A stretch of 63,648 nt of DNA, counting the filler, from Octopus bimaculoides (taxonomy: Eukaryota): NCBI RefSeq assembly GCF_001194135.2. It is 7 parts of 7 records of this genome, joined end to end, with 100 filler letters (N's around TTAATTAATTAA, not from the genome) between each part and the next. Parts side by side here need not be neighbours in the genome. Positions count along the whole stretch, not along the records: positions 1 to 23,353 come from NC_068984.1; positions 23,454 to 37,463 come from NC_068993.1; 5 more parts are not named here. One strand, 5' to 3'. How positions within the stretch are numbered: position 1 is the stretch's first letter; each line of letters starts with the position of its first letter. Of this stretch, positions 10,600 through 23,511 are shown one piece after another. The translations under genes were made by a program, and so were the position numbers. The notes under the pieces are model-generated. The model did no database searches, was not told where the DNA came from, and was given only the letters and a program-made list of their open reading frames with translations.

Positions 10600-12140
10600 C
10601 CATAATCCTTGCCATCTGTGAATGACTTTACCCCAATCATTTCAGTGACCTTTTCTGAATGGATTTAAATTGTGTGTACAGCAACAGCATTGTCCCAGAT
10701 GTGGGAACAATACTCTGTTGTAGGCAGCAACTGACCTATGTAGAGTATCAATAATTGCTGGGAGATGAAGTCTGAGGTGCATTCGTTAAAGATTTCCTCT
10801 GATCCATTTTCCAAAGACTGGGATAAATGAAACTTGGCATAATTATTAGGCCTTCTCTACATAGCTACCACCAATGGTGACACAATTCTCAAATTGCTTT
10901 ATGCAGCTGTGAAAACGTCGTCTATAGAAGTCGATAGGTTGTGTCTGGAGCCAAGACTTTACTATGGAAATAAGTTCATCATCATCCAAAAAGGGCTTCC
11001 CCTTTAAAAAAAAATTCACGGTTGGAAAGGGGTGGAAATCAGATGGTGCAAGGTCAGGAGAGTAAGCGGATGAGGAAGGATTTCATAGCCACTGGAGTGT
11101 GCTTTCATCTGGGCAGCATGCGCATTGTGAACTGGGGTATTGTCTTAGAGGAGGTGAACTCCTTTGGTCAGCATGCCATGGCTCTCTGCTTTGATTGGCA
11201 TCCTGCAATTTATGCAGCAGAGCAGCATAATATGCCCTATTAATTGTGGTACCCTTTGCCAGAAATTCCATCATCACTACTCCACACTGGTTCCAAAAGA
11301 CTGTGAGCATCATCTTGCCTGCTGTGGGTTGGACACGAGCCTTTTTTGGAGGTGGTGAGTTATCATGCTTCCATTGCTTCAACTGGACTTTAGTCTCAAA
11401 ATCATAGTGATGGACCCATTTTGCATCTTGTGTGATAAGTCTACCAATAAAGTCCTCCTCGTTTCCTTGGCACATTGCCAAAAGAGCCTGGGAGCAATTA
11501 ACTTGTTCCTGCTTCTGAAATGGTGTGAGCATCCGGGGAATCCATCGTGCAGACAATTTCCACCTGTGTCGTGGATGATTTTTTTTTCCACGGACCCTAC
11601 ACTTATCTTCACTTCTTGGGCTAGTTACCGAATAGTTATGTGGTGATCCTCCAACATGTCAGCTTCTTCTTTATGGATGAGCATCAGTGGTAGAATGTGG
11701 TCATCCAGGAATAAGAGTAGTTTTCATCGATGTCTGACCCCATTTGAACTGGTGATGCCAGTGCTTAACTACATCATTACAAACTTCTTTCATCTCATTG
11801 AAAGTCTCTTTTGGTATACAACCTTTTAAATATAAGAACCTGATCACTGATCTGAACTGCCTCCCTTATAACACCTTAGTCCACTTCAGAAGCTGTAAAA
11901 GACAATTGAATACTAGTGGAAAGCTGTAATTTACAATGTGACCTGTCGAGACGTATGGTTATACCTGTACAAGTTACGTTCCTGCAATAACTGGACATGG
12001 GTCAGGGGAAATCTTTACTGAACACCCCTTATATGTTCTGGCACTGAAGAGAAGGGCCACCCACCCATTGGAATATGGTTTTAGCTATATTAAGTATATG
12101 TTTTCACCAGAAGAGACCCTTGCTGTTAGTGAAGCCCAAT
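10600..12140 (-). mobile_element. CR1/L2-like LINE C-terminal fragment split by the mariner insertion
   Basis: Right flank reads LFW*KHILNIAKTIFQ...SLQCQN; left flank continues FISQQLLILYIGQLLPTTEYCSHIWDNA, a typical LINE post-RT region. Confidence 0.6.
10773..12030 (-). mobile_element. Full-length but decayed mariner transposon (~1.26 kb)
   Basis: Matching TIRs (GAGGTGCATTCGTTAAAGATTTCCTCTGATCC vs AGGGGTGTTCAGTAAAGATTTCCCCTGACCC). Transposase motifs RSVIRFLYLKG, SARWIPRMLT, LITQDAKWVHHYD, GKMMLTVFWN, ENCVTIGGSYVEK*; frameshifts and stops. Confidence 0.92.
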
Positions 12141-13291
12141 TTTTGGAGCAATTTTTGTAACTCTCCTCCTTTTCTCTTCCTCTTCTCATTCCTTTTATGT
12201 GCTACAAAACTTCATGCCTAATGTTCTATTCAGTCCCTACTCTGAGTTGCAATCCTCTAGAATTATCCCTGCACATTTTTTTAAGCATACTGTACATTAT
12301 CTACATTATGGACTTCATTATCCAATGTGTCTTCCCAATTTTTAAGATGGTAGTGTGATATGAGGGAGATTTGGCTGCTATTTCTCACAAGTTGAACAAT
12401 TATATAGAATAGTTCAGTTTAGCTTATATTTTCCCTACTGGAACCAACATGTTAAACATTGATTGCTTAAGGAAGTATAAGTTGTAAAAAGGGTCATTTA
12501 CCATCATTCTATGCATTTCATAAGTATGCTGTTGAGTCTCACTCTGAGCTCTAATTTTTTCACAGTGAACGTTCCGGCCACCTCAGACATTTAGTGAAGA
12601 ATGCTCTTAGAGAAACCATGCAGGCTGAAATGAATGGGAGGTGATGCGCTACTGCAATGCTGATGAAGCTTGAGAAATCTAGAGGCATTGTCCCTTCAAG
12701 GACTAAACAATTAATAAAAAGAGAAATTTCTCATTCATTAACAGTGTTAATCTTCCTCTGTTCTTTTGTCAATCCCCTATTAAAATATAAGCATCTTCAT
12801 GATCATCATTTTGTGTCTGTTTTTCATGGTGGTTTGGGCTGGATGATTCAACAGGATCCAATGAGTTGGAGGTCCACATCTTGCTCCAATATCTTAGTTT
12901 CATCATGGTTTCTGTGGCTGGATGCCCTTTGTAGCCACTTTACAGTGTATACTGGATGCATTTTTTGTGGCATCAACAGTACAGAGGTTGTCTTTCTGTC
13001 AGCAAGACCAAAGATTCCTCTCAAGCCCTGCATTATTGCTGTTCACTTCAATTTGCCCATCGCTTACAGAGTGTCCTGAGTACATTTTGTGACACCAATA
13101 TTTCTGGGGTCTCCTTGTAACTCGAAAGACAAAAGAGAGCTTCCATGGTGGATGAAATGAAAATTAGATTCTTTTCCGGATTACACAGTTGTGTTTAGCT
13201 TTATTTATCTATTGGTTACATAACCACCATTTTGTTCTTTATATTGGTTTTGTTTTTCTACAACTTTTATTATGTATTTTGTCTTTTGTAG

Positions 13292-13410
13292 GCGATACAT
13301 GTCTTGGACCAACAGTCACTCCTCAAGTGTACACAACTCCTGAGGCAACAACTTCCTCAGAAACCATTTTCATTGTACAGTTCTCACTGACTTGTAAAAA
13401 TGACTTGACA
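13292..13410 (+). CDS. SSR4: SSR4 exon 2
   Basis: TAG| (G)DTCLGPTVTPQVYTTPEATTSSETIFIVQFSLTCKNDLT |GTAAGT; aligns to human [35 protein letters not shown]. Confidence 0.95.
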
Positions 13411-14302
13411 GTAAGTTTTATTTGTATGCATCTACTAAAGTTATTGACTAAATATTATATGAATCTGTTATAGTTCTGTGACTTTGCTGCCCAGAGCTAT
13501 CAAAATCTATGCTTGTTAATACTGTTCCTTTGCTTTTATGTATAACAATATCAGCTTAAAGCAGTTGTATACTGTCAACCTAATGTGACAGTCCCAATAA
13601 GGGGATAATACTGCTGCTATTTAGCCCTAGGAAGCTGGACCGCTTCCTGTTGGCCTTGACACATTTCCTGTGTCCTTATATTTGCGAGGGGGAGACAAGC
13701 ACCACCACCCAGCCTAGTGTGCATTCAGGGACATGTTTCTAAGTCATTGCTCGTCATCAGCCTGAAGTAGCAACACCAGCTGGCTGAAGATGCATGTCAA
13801 ACCCTCGCAAATATATGTATTTTTAGTGAAAACATTCACTGATTACAAAAATTAGAAATGATCTAATTATAAATCTCACAGAGAGAATTAAGCAGCAGTG
13901 TTATGAGTTACGTATTGATATCAACCAGTCATCAATTATCCAAAACAGCTGTAAAGACAAGGCTTGATTCACCATCATACAGCATTTTATTAGAAGTGCC
14001 TCGGATGACATTATTTAATGTATCCTTTACCTTTTTTTTTTATTTTTAGGTAGTAAAGTGTAATTCAAAGTTTCAGTTGCTATTCCTAGTTTTTGAGCAA
14101 CCACATACAGACTTCTCCATTGTGCATTGGTTGCACATCCTCCTATTTCATAATACTTGATCTTTCCACAATTGGTATAACTATCCTCATACATTCGTTA
14201 TTTTGAATTGGCTGCAGGCTCTTGTTAAATTTTCAGATTAAGTTTGTATTACGACATGAAAGTGGAACTCATTGATCAGATATAAATATTATTTTATTGT
14301 AG

Positions 14303-14377
14303 AACATTAATCTGTATGCTGACATTAATGGTAAACCAGTTCCTGCTACGAAAACCACTATAGCTAACCAATATCAG
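14303..14377 (+). CDS. SSR4: SSR4 exon 3
   Basis: TAG| NINLYADINGKPVPATKTTIANQYQ |GTAATT; 75 nt, phase 0/0. Confidence 0.95.
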
Positions 14378-15048
14378 GTAATTTATCTATTTTTGTAAAT
14401 ATTAATGTCGAGCTCATCACATGTTTGATGCTTGACTTTTTTATTGAGTGATCAATTATTATGTTTAGGAAAGTAGAAATCAAAATATCATTGTTAGCTC
14501 TTAACTTTGTGCCATTATGTAAATGAGCTGTTTACATTTTGATAAGGAACCTTCTGCTATTATCTTCAACAGTTTTGGGATGAGGGTTGAGTGAATCCTG
14601 ATGAATTGTTAAACAACAAAACTAGCTAATTTTGATCCTCATCCCAAGCTACCAAAAAAAAGACCCTGTTGGGCCCAATTTCTGTGACACTAATATTATA
14701 TGAATGAAACTCTACAAATGTTTATTGATAACTAACACTATATTGCTACTCAAATAATATATGCTCTGTAGCATTTAGTTTCTTCCCTTTAGTTTCAAAC
14801 CTTATCAAGGTTCATTTTTTTCAGCTTGTTCCTCCTGGGAGCAGGTGAGAAAATAAATATCAATAATAATCTAGAGCAGATACAATCAATTATACATTAT
14901 CTTTTCGGTGATGTAAAGGTGGGTTTTTGTTTCATGGAGCAAGAGTTGAGCCTGTGTGTGTGTGTACGTGTACATTGCATGTGTGTTTTTGTTAGAAGAC
15001 AGAGAGTGAGAAAAAGAGAGAGAGACTAGGAAAAGTGCTGTGTTCTAA

Positions 15049-15266
15049 CTCTTTAGCATTTAAACTGGCCATATCCACCCCCAAAATTCCATACACTATG
15101 TCCAAACTGGCCAAATCATGTTTCTCACACCTAGCCTGTAATGTCATTCTAAAAATAAACAGTCACATCCTCGACATCTCAAAGCTACAAGGTAATACAT
15201 GATGAATTTTAGAAAATGTGAATAAATAAGCATTACATTTGACAAAGTAATCTGAATGCTAAAGGG
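15049..15266. mobile_element. piggyBac-derived MITE in SSR4 intron 3
   Basis: CTAA|CTCTTTAGCATT...AATGCTAAAGGG|TTAA: CCCT-type TIRs and a TTAA target. Confidence 0.75.
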
Positions 15267-15354
15267 TTAAGGAACAAAAAACCCAGATTGAGACAGTTTC
15301 AGATAACACAGGTTACAATTGGGTCTTTTTTACAACTGTTTTTCTTCTTCATAG

Positions 15355-15444
15355 GTAACATTTAGTGACAGTCATAGCCAGCTTCCAGCAGGTACATATG
15401 TGGCTAAATTCTATGATGAAGAAGGTTACTCTGCTCTAAGAAAG
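15355..15444 (+). CDS. SSR4: SSR4 exon 4
   Basis: TAG| VTFSDSHSQLPAGTYVAKFYDEEGYSALRK |GTAAAT; matches the SSR4 GTYEVRFFDEESYSLLRK motif. Confidence 0.95.
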
Positions 15445-15803
15445 GTAAATAAAATATTTTCATATTCAAAAGTTTAGTCTTTGTTGTTGTGTTTCTCGTT
15501 TTTCCTTCCTCTAAAATAATACTGAGGGTGTTTTGGCATCACTTACCAAGTCCTTTGTGAGCCACTTTCCAGCTATCTATCTAGCAATAAGTGAATTGGT
15601 GTAAATTCTGTATAAGCAAGTGAATGGTGTGGGGAGTTTTAGAACTTATTAAAAAACATATCTGAGAAAATGTTGTAAATTACCAGAAATTTATGAAAAT
15701 CATGGAAAATCTTTCGAAAAATGACAGAGTAAAAGGAAATATCTATTATTTGATATTTGAAAGTAAATCATGCCAGTGATTTCTTTTATTTGATATTATT
15801 CAG

Positions 15804-15869
15804 GCTCAGAGAAATAATGAGGACATTGAGAGTATTAAACCAATCTTCACCATTGATATTGACCATCGC
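15804..15869 (+). CDS. SSR4: SSR4 exon 5
   Basis: CAG| AQRNNEDIESIKPIFTIDIDHR |GTAAGT. Confidence 0.95.
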
Positions 15870-15884
15870 GTAAGTATAATTTAA

Positions 15885-16290
15885 TACTCTTTTACTCTTT
15901 TTACTCGTTTCAGCCATTTGACTGCGGCCATGCTGGAGCACCGCCTTTAGTTGAGCAAATCAAACCCGCGACTTATTCTTTGTAAGCCTAGTACTTATTC
16001 TATCGGTCTCTTTTGCCGAACTGCTAAATTACAGGGACATAAACACACCAGCATCGGTTGTCAAGCAGTGCTAGGGGGGGGGGAACAAACACAGACACAC
16101 AAACGCACATACACACACAGACATATATACACATATATATGACGGGATTCTTTCAGTTTCCGTCTACCAAATCCAATCACAAGGCTTTGGTCGGCCCGAG
16201 GCTATAATAGAAGACACTTGTCCAAAGTGCCACGCCGTGGGACTGAACCCGGAACCATGTGGTTGGTAAGCAAGCTACTTACCACAGCTT
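15885..16290 (-). mobile_element. tRNA-derived SINE family A (other copies ~870-1190 -, 19066-19432 +, 19863-20280 +, 33242-33627 -, 39085-39445 +, 46095-46246 -, 61190-61330 -)
   Basis: Recurrent head TAGGCGTAGGAGTGGCTGTGTGGTAAG...GGTTCAGTCCC, body CCTTGGGCAAGTGTCTTC...GGAAACTGAAAGAAGCCC, internal (TA/TG)n and (GTAAAAGA)n tail. Confidence 0.85.
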
Positions 16291-16989
16291 TATACGTGCC
16301 TCGTTGATGGAATATTGAAAAAATTTATTGAATAAGCTGTGGTCTGCAACCTGTTGAAGGGGACAGTAACTCTGAATAAGAACTAGCTCAGACTGTGATG
16401 ATCAGTGAAAACTAGGATTGAAAAGAGGACAAGAAGAAATGATGAGGTAAAGATAGGCCTTGAGAGATTGTAGAGGTACTGAGTATAAGAGGTAAGATGG
16501 AAGGGAGCCTCAGCCGGACTCTTCAGAAAGCAATGAATGCACAAATTCTTCCAGATGGTAGCAGTGGTGAAGTGAGTGGAGTACACTTTTTTTTTCTTTT
16601 TTTTTTTAAGAGAAAATTGGACAAAGTAATTGAGGTAGTGAAAGTATGTGATTAATTGTTGGCAAATGATGGACAACACAACAGCATCTTTTTACTGCTC
16701 TTACATTTTATGATGATCAGGACTGACAGGGAAACAAAAGGACCATGTGTATGTGTCCCTCTTGCAGACTACCTAGATTATGAATTATAGTGACCTTGTG
16801 ACCACTGCTGATGACTTTGATGGACATGTTGGGCAACACCATGATGGCTATTCCAGTGGATATTAAAAATTAGGCAGACACAAAAGCCAATTAGACTTCA
16901 TACTGCTTGGGAAAGAGAATATGCTATTAGTTGCGAATATTGGATATTTTCCTAATGAAGAACATATCATTCGACACAGACTGATGATC

Positions 16990-17365
16990 AATAAACTTAT
17001 TGGAGCAAGACCAACGTCGCCTTCCTGGCACTTGTGCCAGTGGCACGTGAAAAGACAGTCGAGCGAGATCGTTGCCAGTGCCGAGGGACTGGCTCCTGTG
17101 CAGGTGGCACATAAAATACACCATTTTGAGCGTGGCCGTTGGCAGTACTGCCTGACTGGCCTTCGTGCCGATGGCACGTAAAAGCACCCACTACACTCTC
17201 GGAGTGGTTGGCGTTAGGAAGGGCATCAAGCTGTAGAAACTCTGCCAGATCAGATTGGAGCCTGGTGTAGCCACCTGGTTCGCCAGTCCTCAGTCAAATA
17301 GTCCAACCCATGCTAGCATAGAAAGCGAACGTTAAACGACGACGACGATGATGATGATGATGAGT
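16990..17365 (-). mobile_element. Repeat family with (CAT)n end, probable RTE-type 3' end or associated SINE (also 18225-18430, 18543-18850, 41410-41610, 47365-47617)
   Basis: Recurrent CATCATCGTTTAACGTCCGCTTTCCATGCTAGCATGGGTTGGAC...CTGGATGCCCTTCCTAACGCCAACCACT block. Confidence 0.7.
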
Positions 17366-17399
17366 TTAGGGATGCAAAACAATCTGAATGAGGAAGGTA

Positions 17400-17830
17400 T
17401 GGAAGCTGAGATTCCCTTGATCAGATGTAGATACAAATAAGTGTATGAGGAAGAGAAAGAGTAAATAGAGAGTTACAACAGGATAACTAGGAGTGGACAA
17501 AAATGCAGGGGGCCTATTACTTCTCAGATAAGGAGATTCTCTCCAAGTGAAAGGCAGATTGTATCATTGTGTAAGATGTTTTGTGTTGTACAGTCGTAGG
17601 GAAACATAAACACTGAAGGTAGATGTGCGAAGGCTTGAAAATTATGAAGGAAACATGCTCTGCTGGCTGTGTGATGTTAGTCTAATGACAATGGTAGAAC
17701 ATAATTAAACAGAGTAAAATACAGTATAAGAGAAATCAAATGTAGTATTATATGAGGAAAGATTGAACTGTCCTGGACATGTGAATGTCTGGAGAATAGC
17801 ACGTGAGTAAAAAAGAGTCGAAGGATCTAA
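17400..17830 (+). mobile_element. Old RTE LINE C-terminal fragment
   Basis: Degenerate KGRLYHCVR...ET*TLKVDVRRLENYEGNMLCWLCDVS...RLNCPGHV resembles the RTE YGSETW...LRWYGHV region. Confidence 0.5.
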
Positions 17831-20029
17831 GTGGAAGGAACCTGCAGAATAGAAAGAGTGAGCAAAGTCGTGGGAAGAAGAGGTTAAGACTGATCCCAAG
17901 AAGGATCAGCTGACAAAAATGACATTGGGCCACATCTGCCAAAACCCATGTAAGCTTAGAAAAGTGGGTGTAAAATCATGAGGATGTCTCATGTATTGTT
18001 CAAGAGGAAATAAGATTCCGTGAAATGAAAGGAAATGTTTACTTAACATGTTTTGCTATTGCATAAGTAAAGTTTCACGAGTGTAAAAAATATGAATCCC
18101 TGTTGTTAACGTTCAGAAATTATGATCTTGCTTTGTAATCATAAAGGTTAAATAAGCCTCGAGTTATTTCCCTTGAATAGATGTGTGCGTTTATCAGTTA
18201 ATTTGGTCGCACAGAAATAAAACTTCATCATCATTTAACGTCCGTTTTCTAAGCTGGCATGGGTTGGAGTGCTTGACAGGAGCTGGCAAGGCCAGAAGCT
18301 GCTCTAGGTTCTATTGTCTGTTTTGGCTTGATTTCTACTGCTGGATGTCCTTAATGCCCACCACTTTACAGAGTGTACTGGTGCTTTTTACATGGTACCA
18401 TCATCTGTGCCTTTTACTTTTATAGGGGACCAGCAGCAGTGCTTTTTACAGTACTTATAAGCTTAGTATATAAAATGTATGTAAGAAATTTCTGTTGTGA
18501 AAATGACATTTTCTTCTTGATTTCTCTAGTTTATATTTCTCTCATCATCATCGTTTAACGTCTGCTTTCCATGCTAGTATGGGTTGGACGATTTGACTGA
18601 GGACTGGCGAACCAGATGGCTACACCAGGCTCCAATCTGATCTGGCAGAGTTTCTACAACTGGATGCCCTTCCTAACGCCAACCACTCCAAGAGTGTAGT
18701 GGGTGCTTTTACATGCCACCGGCATGAAGGCCAGTCTGGCAGTACTGGCAATGGCCACGCTCAAAATGGTGTATTTTACATGCCACCTGCACAGGAGCCA
18801 GTCCAGCGGTACTGGCAACGAACTCGCTCGAATGTCTTTTCACGTGCCAGGTAGCCTGATTTAATCTGCATTATTAGAAGCAGTAATAGGTGGATGGTAT
18901 GTTTCTTGTATACATGTTTGGTATTCTGACTCAACACACACACACACCGTGACACATAAATGGTTCCACTATGTTGAGAACCATTTAAAGATATTTATAG
19001 AAGTAGCGCTGTCTGCCAGATTGTGTGTGTATATATTTGTGGATATATGTGCTTTAATTGTACAAGGTAAGTAGCTTGCTTACCAACCACATGGTTCTGG
19101 GTTCAGTCCCACTGCGTGGCACCTTGGGCAAGTGTCTTCTACTATAGCCTTGGGCCGACCAAAGCCTTGTGAGTGGATTTGGTAGACGGAAACTGAAAGA
19201 AGCCCGTCGTATATATGTATATATATATATGTGTGTGTCTGTGTTTGTCCTCCCAACATCGCTTGACAACCGATGCTGGTGTGTTTATGTTCTCGTAACC
19301 TAGCGGTTCAGCAAAAGAGACCGATAGAATAAGTACTAGGCTTACAAAGAATAAGTCCTAGGTCAATTTGCTCGACTAAAGGTGGTGCTCCAGCATGGCC
19401 ACAGTCAAATGACTGAAACAAGTAAAAGAGTAAGGTATGGATATATATTTGCATCATTTAGCAGTTTGGTGTTTAGTGAACAAATTCCAAAGCAAGTAGC
19501 ATTTTCCACCTGGAATTACAATGCAAAAAGTAAAGGAGTCGTGGAATTGGCAGTGAAGTATATGTTGCTGTGGATGGATGTATTTATCGTTCTGATATTA
19601 CTGGGTGGATGTATTTGCATGTGTTACTATGTCCATGTAAGTGCCTCTGTGTGAGTGCATGCTTCTTGATGTGTGTGTGTGTGTATGAGTGGCTGTGTTG
19701 TAAGAAGTTTGCTTCACAGCCATACGGTTCCGAGTTCAGTCCCATTGTGTGGCATCTTAGGCAAATGTCTTTTACTATAGCCTTGGGCCAACCAAAGCTT
19801 GTGAGTGGATTTGGTTGATGTAAACTGAAAGAAGCTTGTTGTGTGTGTGTGTGTATATATTATAGGCGTAGGAGTGGCTATGTGGTAAGTAGCTTGCTTA
19901 CCAACTACATAGTTCCGCTTTCAGTCCCACTACGTGGCACCTTGAACAAGTGTCTTCTACTATAGCCTTGGGCTGACCAAAGCCTTGTGAGTGGATTTGG
20001 TAGATGGAAACTGAAAGAAGCCCAGTATA

Positions 20030-20089
<60 letters not shown>

Positions 20090-20570
20090 TCTGTGTTTGT
20101 TTCCCCACCATCGCTTGACAACTGATGCTGGTGTGTTTACGTCCCCACAACTTAGCAGTTCGGCAAAACTGACCGATAGAATGAGTACTAGGCTTACAAA
20201 GTCCTGGGGGGTCGATTTGCTCACCTAAAAGGTAGTGCTCCAGCATGGCTGCAATCAAATGACTGAAGCAAGTAAAAGAATATATATGTCTGTTATTTGT
20301 CTCTCTTACAACAATCTCTTTCTCATTCCTTGATTTTCCATGATTTAGAAAACCTTGCAATGTATTTGACCCTAGCTTGATTGATGAGACAATTACTGTA
20401 TACTTGCCAAGCATCTATTATTATTATCATGCTTATGTGATTGTATATTCCATTTGATTATTTGAGATGTGTAGTTAAATTAAGAAGGATGTCTGTCCCT
20501 ACCTGTTCCTACCTCTATCGTAAACATCCTTAATAAGCCATTATTTATATTTCTTTCATTATATTTCCAG

Positions 20571-20681
20571 GGTGTTTGGAAAGGTGCCTACATTCAAAGT
20601 GAATTTGTGGCTGCTGTGGTTGCCATTCTTGTGTGGTACTTTGCTTACAATGCCAAAAGTCAGCTCCATGTCCCTAATTAG
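20571..20681 (+). CDS. SSR4: SSR4 exon 6 (TM helix, stop)
   Basis: CAG| GVWKGAYIQSEFVAAVVAILVWYFAYNAKSQLHVPN*. Total CDS 537 nt = 178 aa. AATAAA at 20690-20695. Confidence 0.95.
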   Translation, partial: GVWKGAYIQSEFVAAVVAILVWYFAYNAKSQLHVPN

Positions 20682-21104
20682 CTTCAGAAAATAAAATTTT
20701 GTATGAAAAATTAAAATTTTTTTTTGCGTCTTTGTTTTGCAATTTGTTAAGTTTTTTTTTTTCACTTTTTCTGATATTAGAGATAATAAATTCTTGTTTG
20801 AACATGTAGCTTGCTTTGAGTTCACACCTCTGAAAAGACCCAAAAAGGCAAGAATGAATAGAGATGTTATCTCGGGGACAAATACTACAGTAATTGGCTT
20901 ATTGACCATGTATATACATTAAATATGATACATAAATGGCTATTATAATCAAATACTGCTTTAACTGCATGTACTCGATTTCAAAAGAATAATTAGGTAT
21001 CATGAATGCATTAAATTGCTTTTATTTAGTTTCTATTAAGACTGAAATTTTAGGAAATTCTGTTTTGTTTTAGTTCATATTTTATTGACTGCTTAAAGCA
21101 GCCA

Positions 21105-21310
21105 AGCTGACAGAAACGTTAGCACACCGGGCAAAGTGCTTAGTGGTATTTCGTCAGTCTTTACATTCTGAGTTCAAATTCCTCCGAGGTCGACTTTGCC
21201 TTTCACCCTTTCGGGGTTGATAAATTAAGTACCAGTTGCATACTGAAGTCGATCTAATCGACTGGCCACCTCCCCCAAAATTTCGAGCCTTGTGCCTAGA
21301 GTAAAAAGGA
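21105..21310 (+). mobile_element. SINE family B with Nin/Deu-like central domain (also ~1790-1920, 4150-4290, 7195-7400, 43320-43500, 45740-45910, 47010-47195)
   Basis: GGTTCAAATTCC...GAGGTCGACTTTGCCTTTCATCCTTTCGGGGTCGATAAATTAAGTACCAG recurs many times. Confidence 0.75.
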
Positions 21311-22139
21311 ATATTTTATTAACTGCATTTAATTGTTACTGGAGTTCAAATTTTTTTTTATTTTATTAACAAGTTGCAACAATTTGAGATATTTCTATTA
21401 TGTTTTGAGAGCTTTCTACTTCCAACAGGCTTCTAGTTTTATTCCTTGGTGTAAATCGATAGACACTGTTCATAGGCAAAGAGATAATCCTTGAAAGCCA
21501 GATAGAGGTATTTGAGTGTCCTAAGCTGCTCCTCAATCATCAGTGAGGCAGCACTATCTTACATGCTGTCTGTAAGGATCAACATGTCATTTGCTAACCT
21601 TTCCTACTGTAGATGAGATCTAACAGTCCATAGGTGCTCTAACCAATGGCAAGGATCTTGGACTTGATGTCATTCAACCTGAAATCTACAAGATTAACAA
21701 TCTTGTCTCTTTCTTTGAATGTAGTATCAGAAGAATATTCCACTGGTTTTCAAGATGAAACGAAACCCCTCTGGTTATATTTTTGTCCATCACTGGGAAG
21801 GTTCCAACTCATATAAATAATGTCGATTGTTCACTTTGAACAGGGCCCTTCTGCCTAAGTGACAATACAGTGTTAGAGAAGGCCATAGTACAGTTGGTTA
21901 ATCTAGAATCACAAAATTGCTACAAATAAACCGGAACTCAGAAATTAGCTAATGATAACAGAAAATGAATATCAATGCAAATCTTTGCAAACAGTCTTTC
22001 CAGAAATTGGCTGACGAGAAAGAAAAGAAACTTTTAAAGTGCATGATTTTATGATACATCAGTCATCATCATCATCATCGTTTAACGTCTGCTTTCCATG
22101 CTGGCATGGGTTAGACAGTTTGACTGAGGGCTGGACGCT

Positions 22140-22500
22140 TATATTATGTTCTGGTGTCGCTGGATGTTTTGGTTCTTGTCCAGTTGACCCCACAGAGGCC
22201 GATTAAGTCTGTATTCAAACGGGGTTCTGTTGATCCCATAGCCACCTCTTTTAAGCTTAGGTCATCTGGCTACATTTGTTGTTGCTTCCATGATCTTGTT
22301 ATTGACTTTTTGCTCACTCCCACAATGCCTAGGGATCCATAGGCCTTACTGAGAGAACAATTTGCAAACCTCTGATTGTCTACCTCCACTGGCATGTACC
22401 TGATCCTCTATCCAGTCTTGCAGCAGTTCTCCAACAACTCATGGTGCTTCGCTCACCTTTTTTGCCTCCTAGATCCTTTCTTTTAGGGTACATTTAACTC
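22140..22500 (-). mobile_element. HERO-like (REL-endonuclease) non-LTR C-terminal remnant
   Basis: ENCCKTG*RIRYMPVEVDNQRFANCSLSKAYGSLGIVG resembles the CRRKGW...PVEVGSRGF...LSKAYGTLGI tail of HERO elements. Confidence 0.5.
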
Positions 22501-23068
22501 CAGTAAAATGAGCAGCCTTGTGGTATCTAGTTTCAACAAACAGATGAATTGAATAAACCGGTTAAATCTCTCACATGATTTCATTTTATTTGTATCTGTG
22601 TAAAACATTAAGAAACTTAAAACTAGTTCTCCGAACTACAAAATTAAATGAACATGTTTTTCTGCTGTGACATAGCACAAGAAAAGAACCCCATATGTGG
22701 TTTTTTTCTTTTGTGTTTTTTCTTAGTTTTTTTTTCCCCTCTAAAATGAAAATACTGTAGCCATTTGTATACAATACACACTCATGTTTAATGTGCATCA
22801 CTAATTCTGGGCTGTGGAAATCCTGCAAAAAGGGTTGGCCAGTAAAATGCCACTTGAACATAGATCTAGACTCAATCAACCTCTGCAGGGTTGCCTGGAC
22901 AAGACCTTATGTTATTGCTCGATTTGCAGTCAAATCTTCTCCAAATTACATCCTACAGTTACATGGAATAAGAATAGCAGACAGAAAAATGTAGTCTTTC
23001 CTAGATAGCTCTAAAAGATGGGATAGTCATTGCTGGAATGTCTTAAATCATGGATTTACTCCATCAGA

Positions 23069-23353
23069 GTGGAGGCGCAATGGCCCAGTGGTTAGGGCAG
23101 CGGAGTCGCGGTCATAGGATCGCGGTTTCGATTCCCAGACCGGGCGTTGCGAGTGTTTATTGAGCGAAAACACCTAAAGCTCCACGAGGCTCCGGCAGGG
23201 AGTGGTGGCGAACCCTGCTGTACTCTTTCACCACAACTTTCTCTCACTCTTACTTCCTGTTTCTGTTGTGCCTGTAATTCAAAGGGTCAGCCTTGTCACA
23301 CTGTGTCACGCTGAATATCCCCCGAGAACTACGTTAAGGGTACACGTGTCTGT
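23069..23353 (+). mobile_element. Young tRNA-derived SINE family C (older copy ~54770-55085, minus strand)
   Basis: GTGGAGGCGCAATGGCCCAGTGGTTAGGGC (A box) and GGTTTCGATTCCC (B box); runs into the gap. Confidence 0.8.
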
Positions 23354-23452
23354 NNNNNNNNNNNNNNNNNNNNNNNNNNNNNNNNNNNNNNNNNNNNTTA
23401 ATTAATTAANNNNNNNNNNNNNNNNNNNNNNNNNNNNNNNNNNNNNNNNNNN
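23354..23452. other. Artificial join: N-run with TTAATTAATTAA spacer (also ~37508, 47662, 57508, 60424, 62427)
   Basis: Identical 12-mer (stops in all six frames) centred in ~100-N runs, six times. Confidence 0.85.
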
Positions 23453-23453
23453 N

Positions 23454-23511
<58 letters not shown>

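Noticed and set aside
13770-13965. Hammerhead-like words (CTGAAGA; AAAACAGCTGTAAAGAC)
   Set aside because: Core elements cannot be assembled into a single fold; too degenerate.
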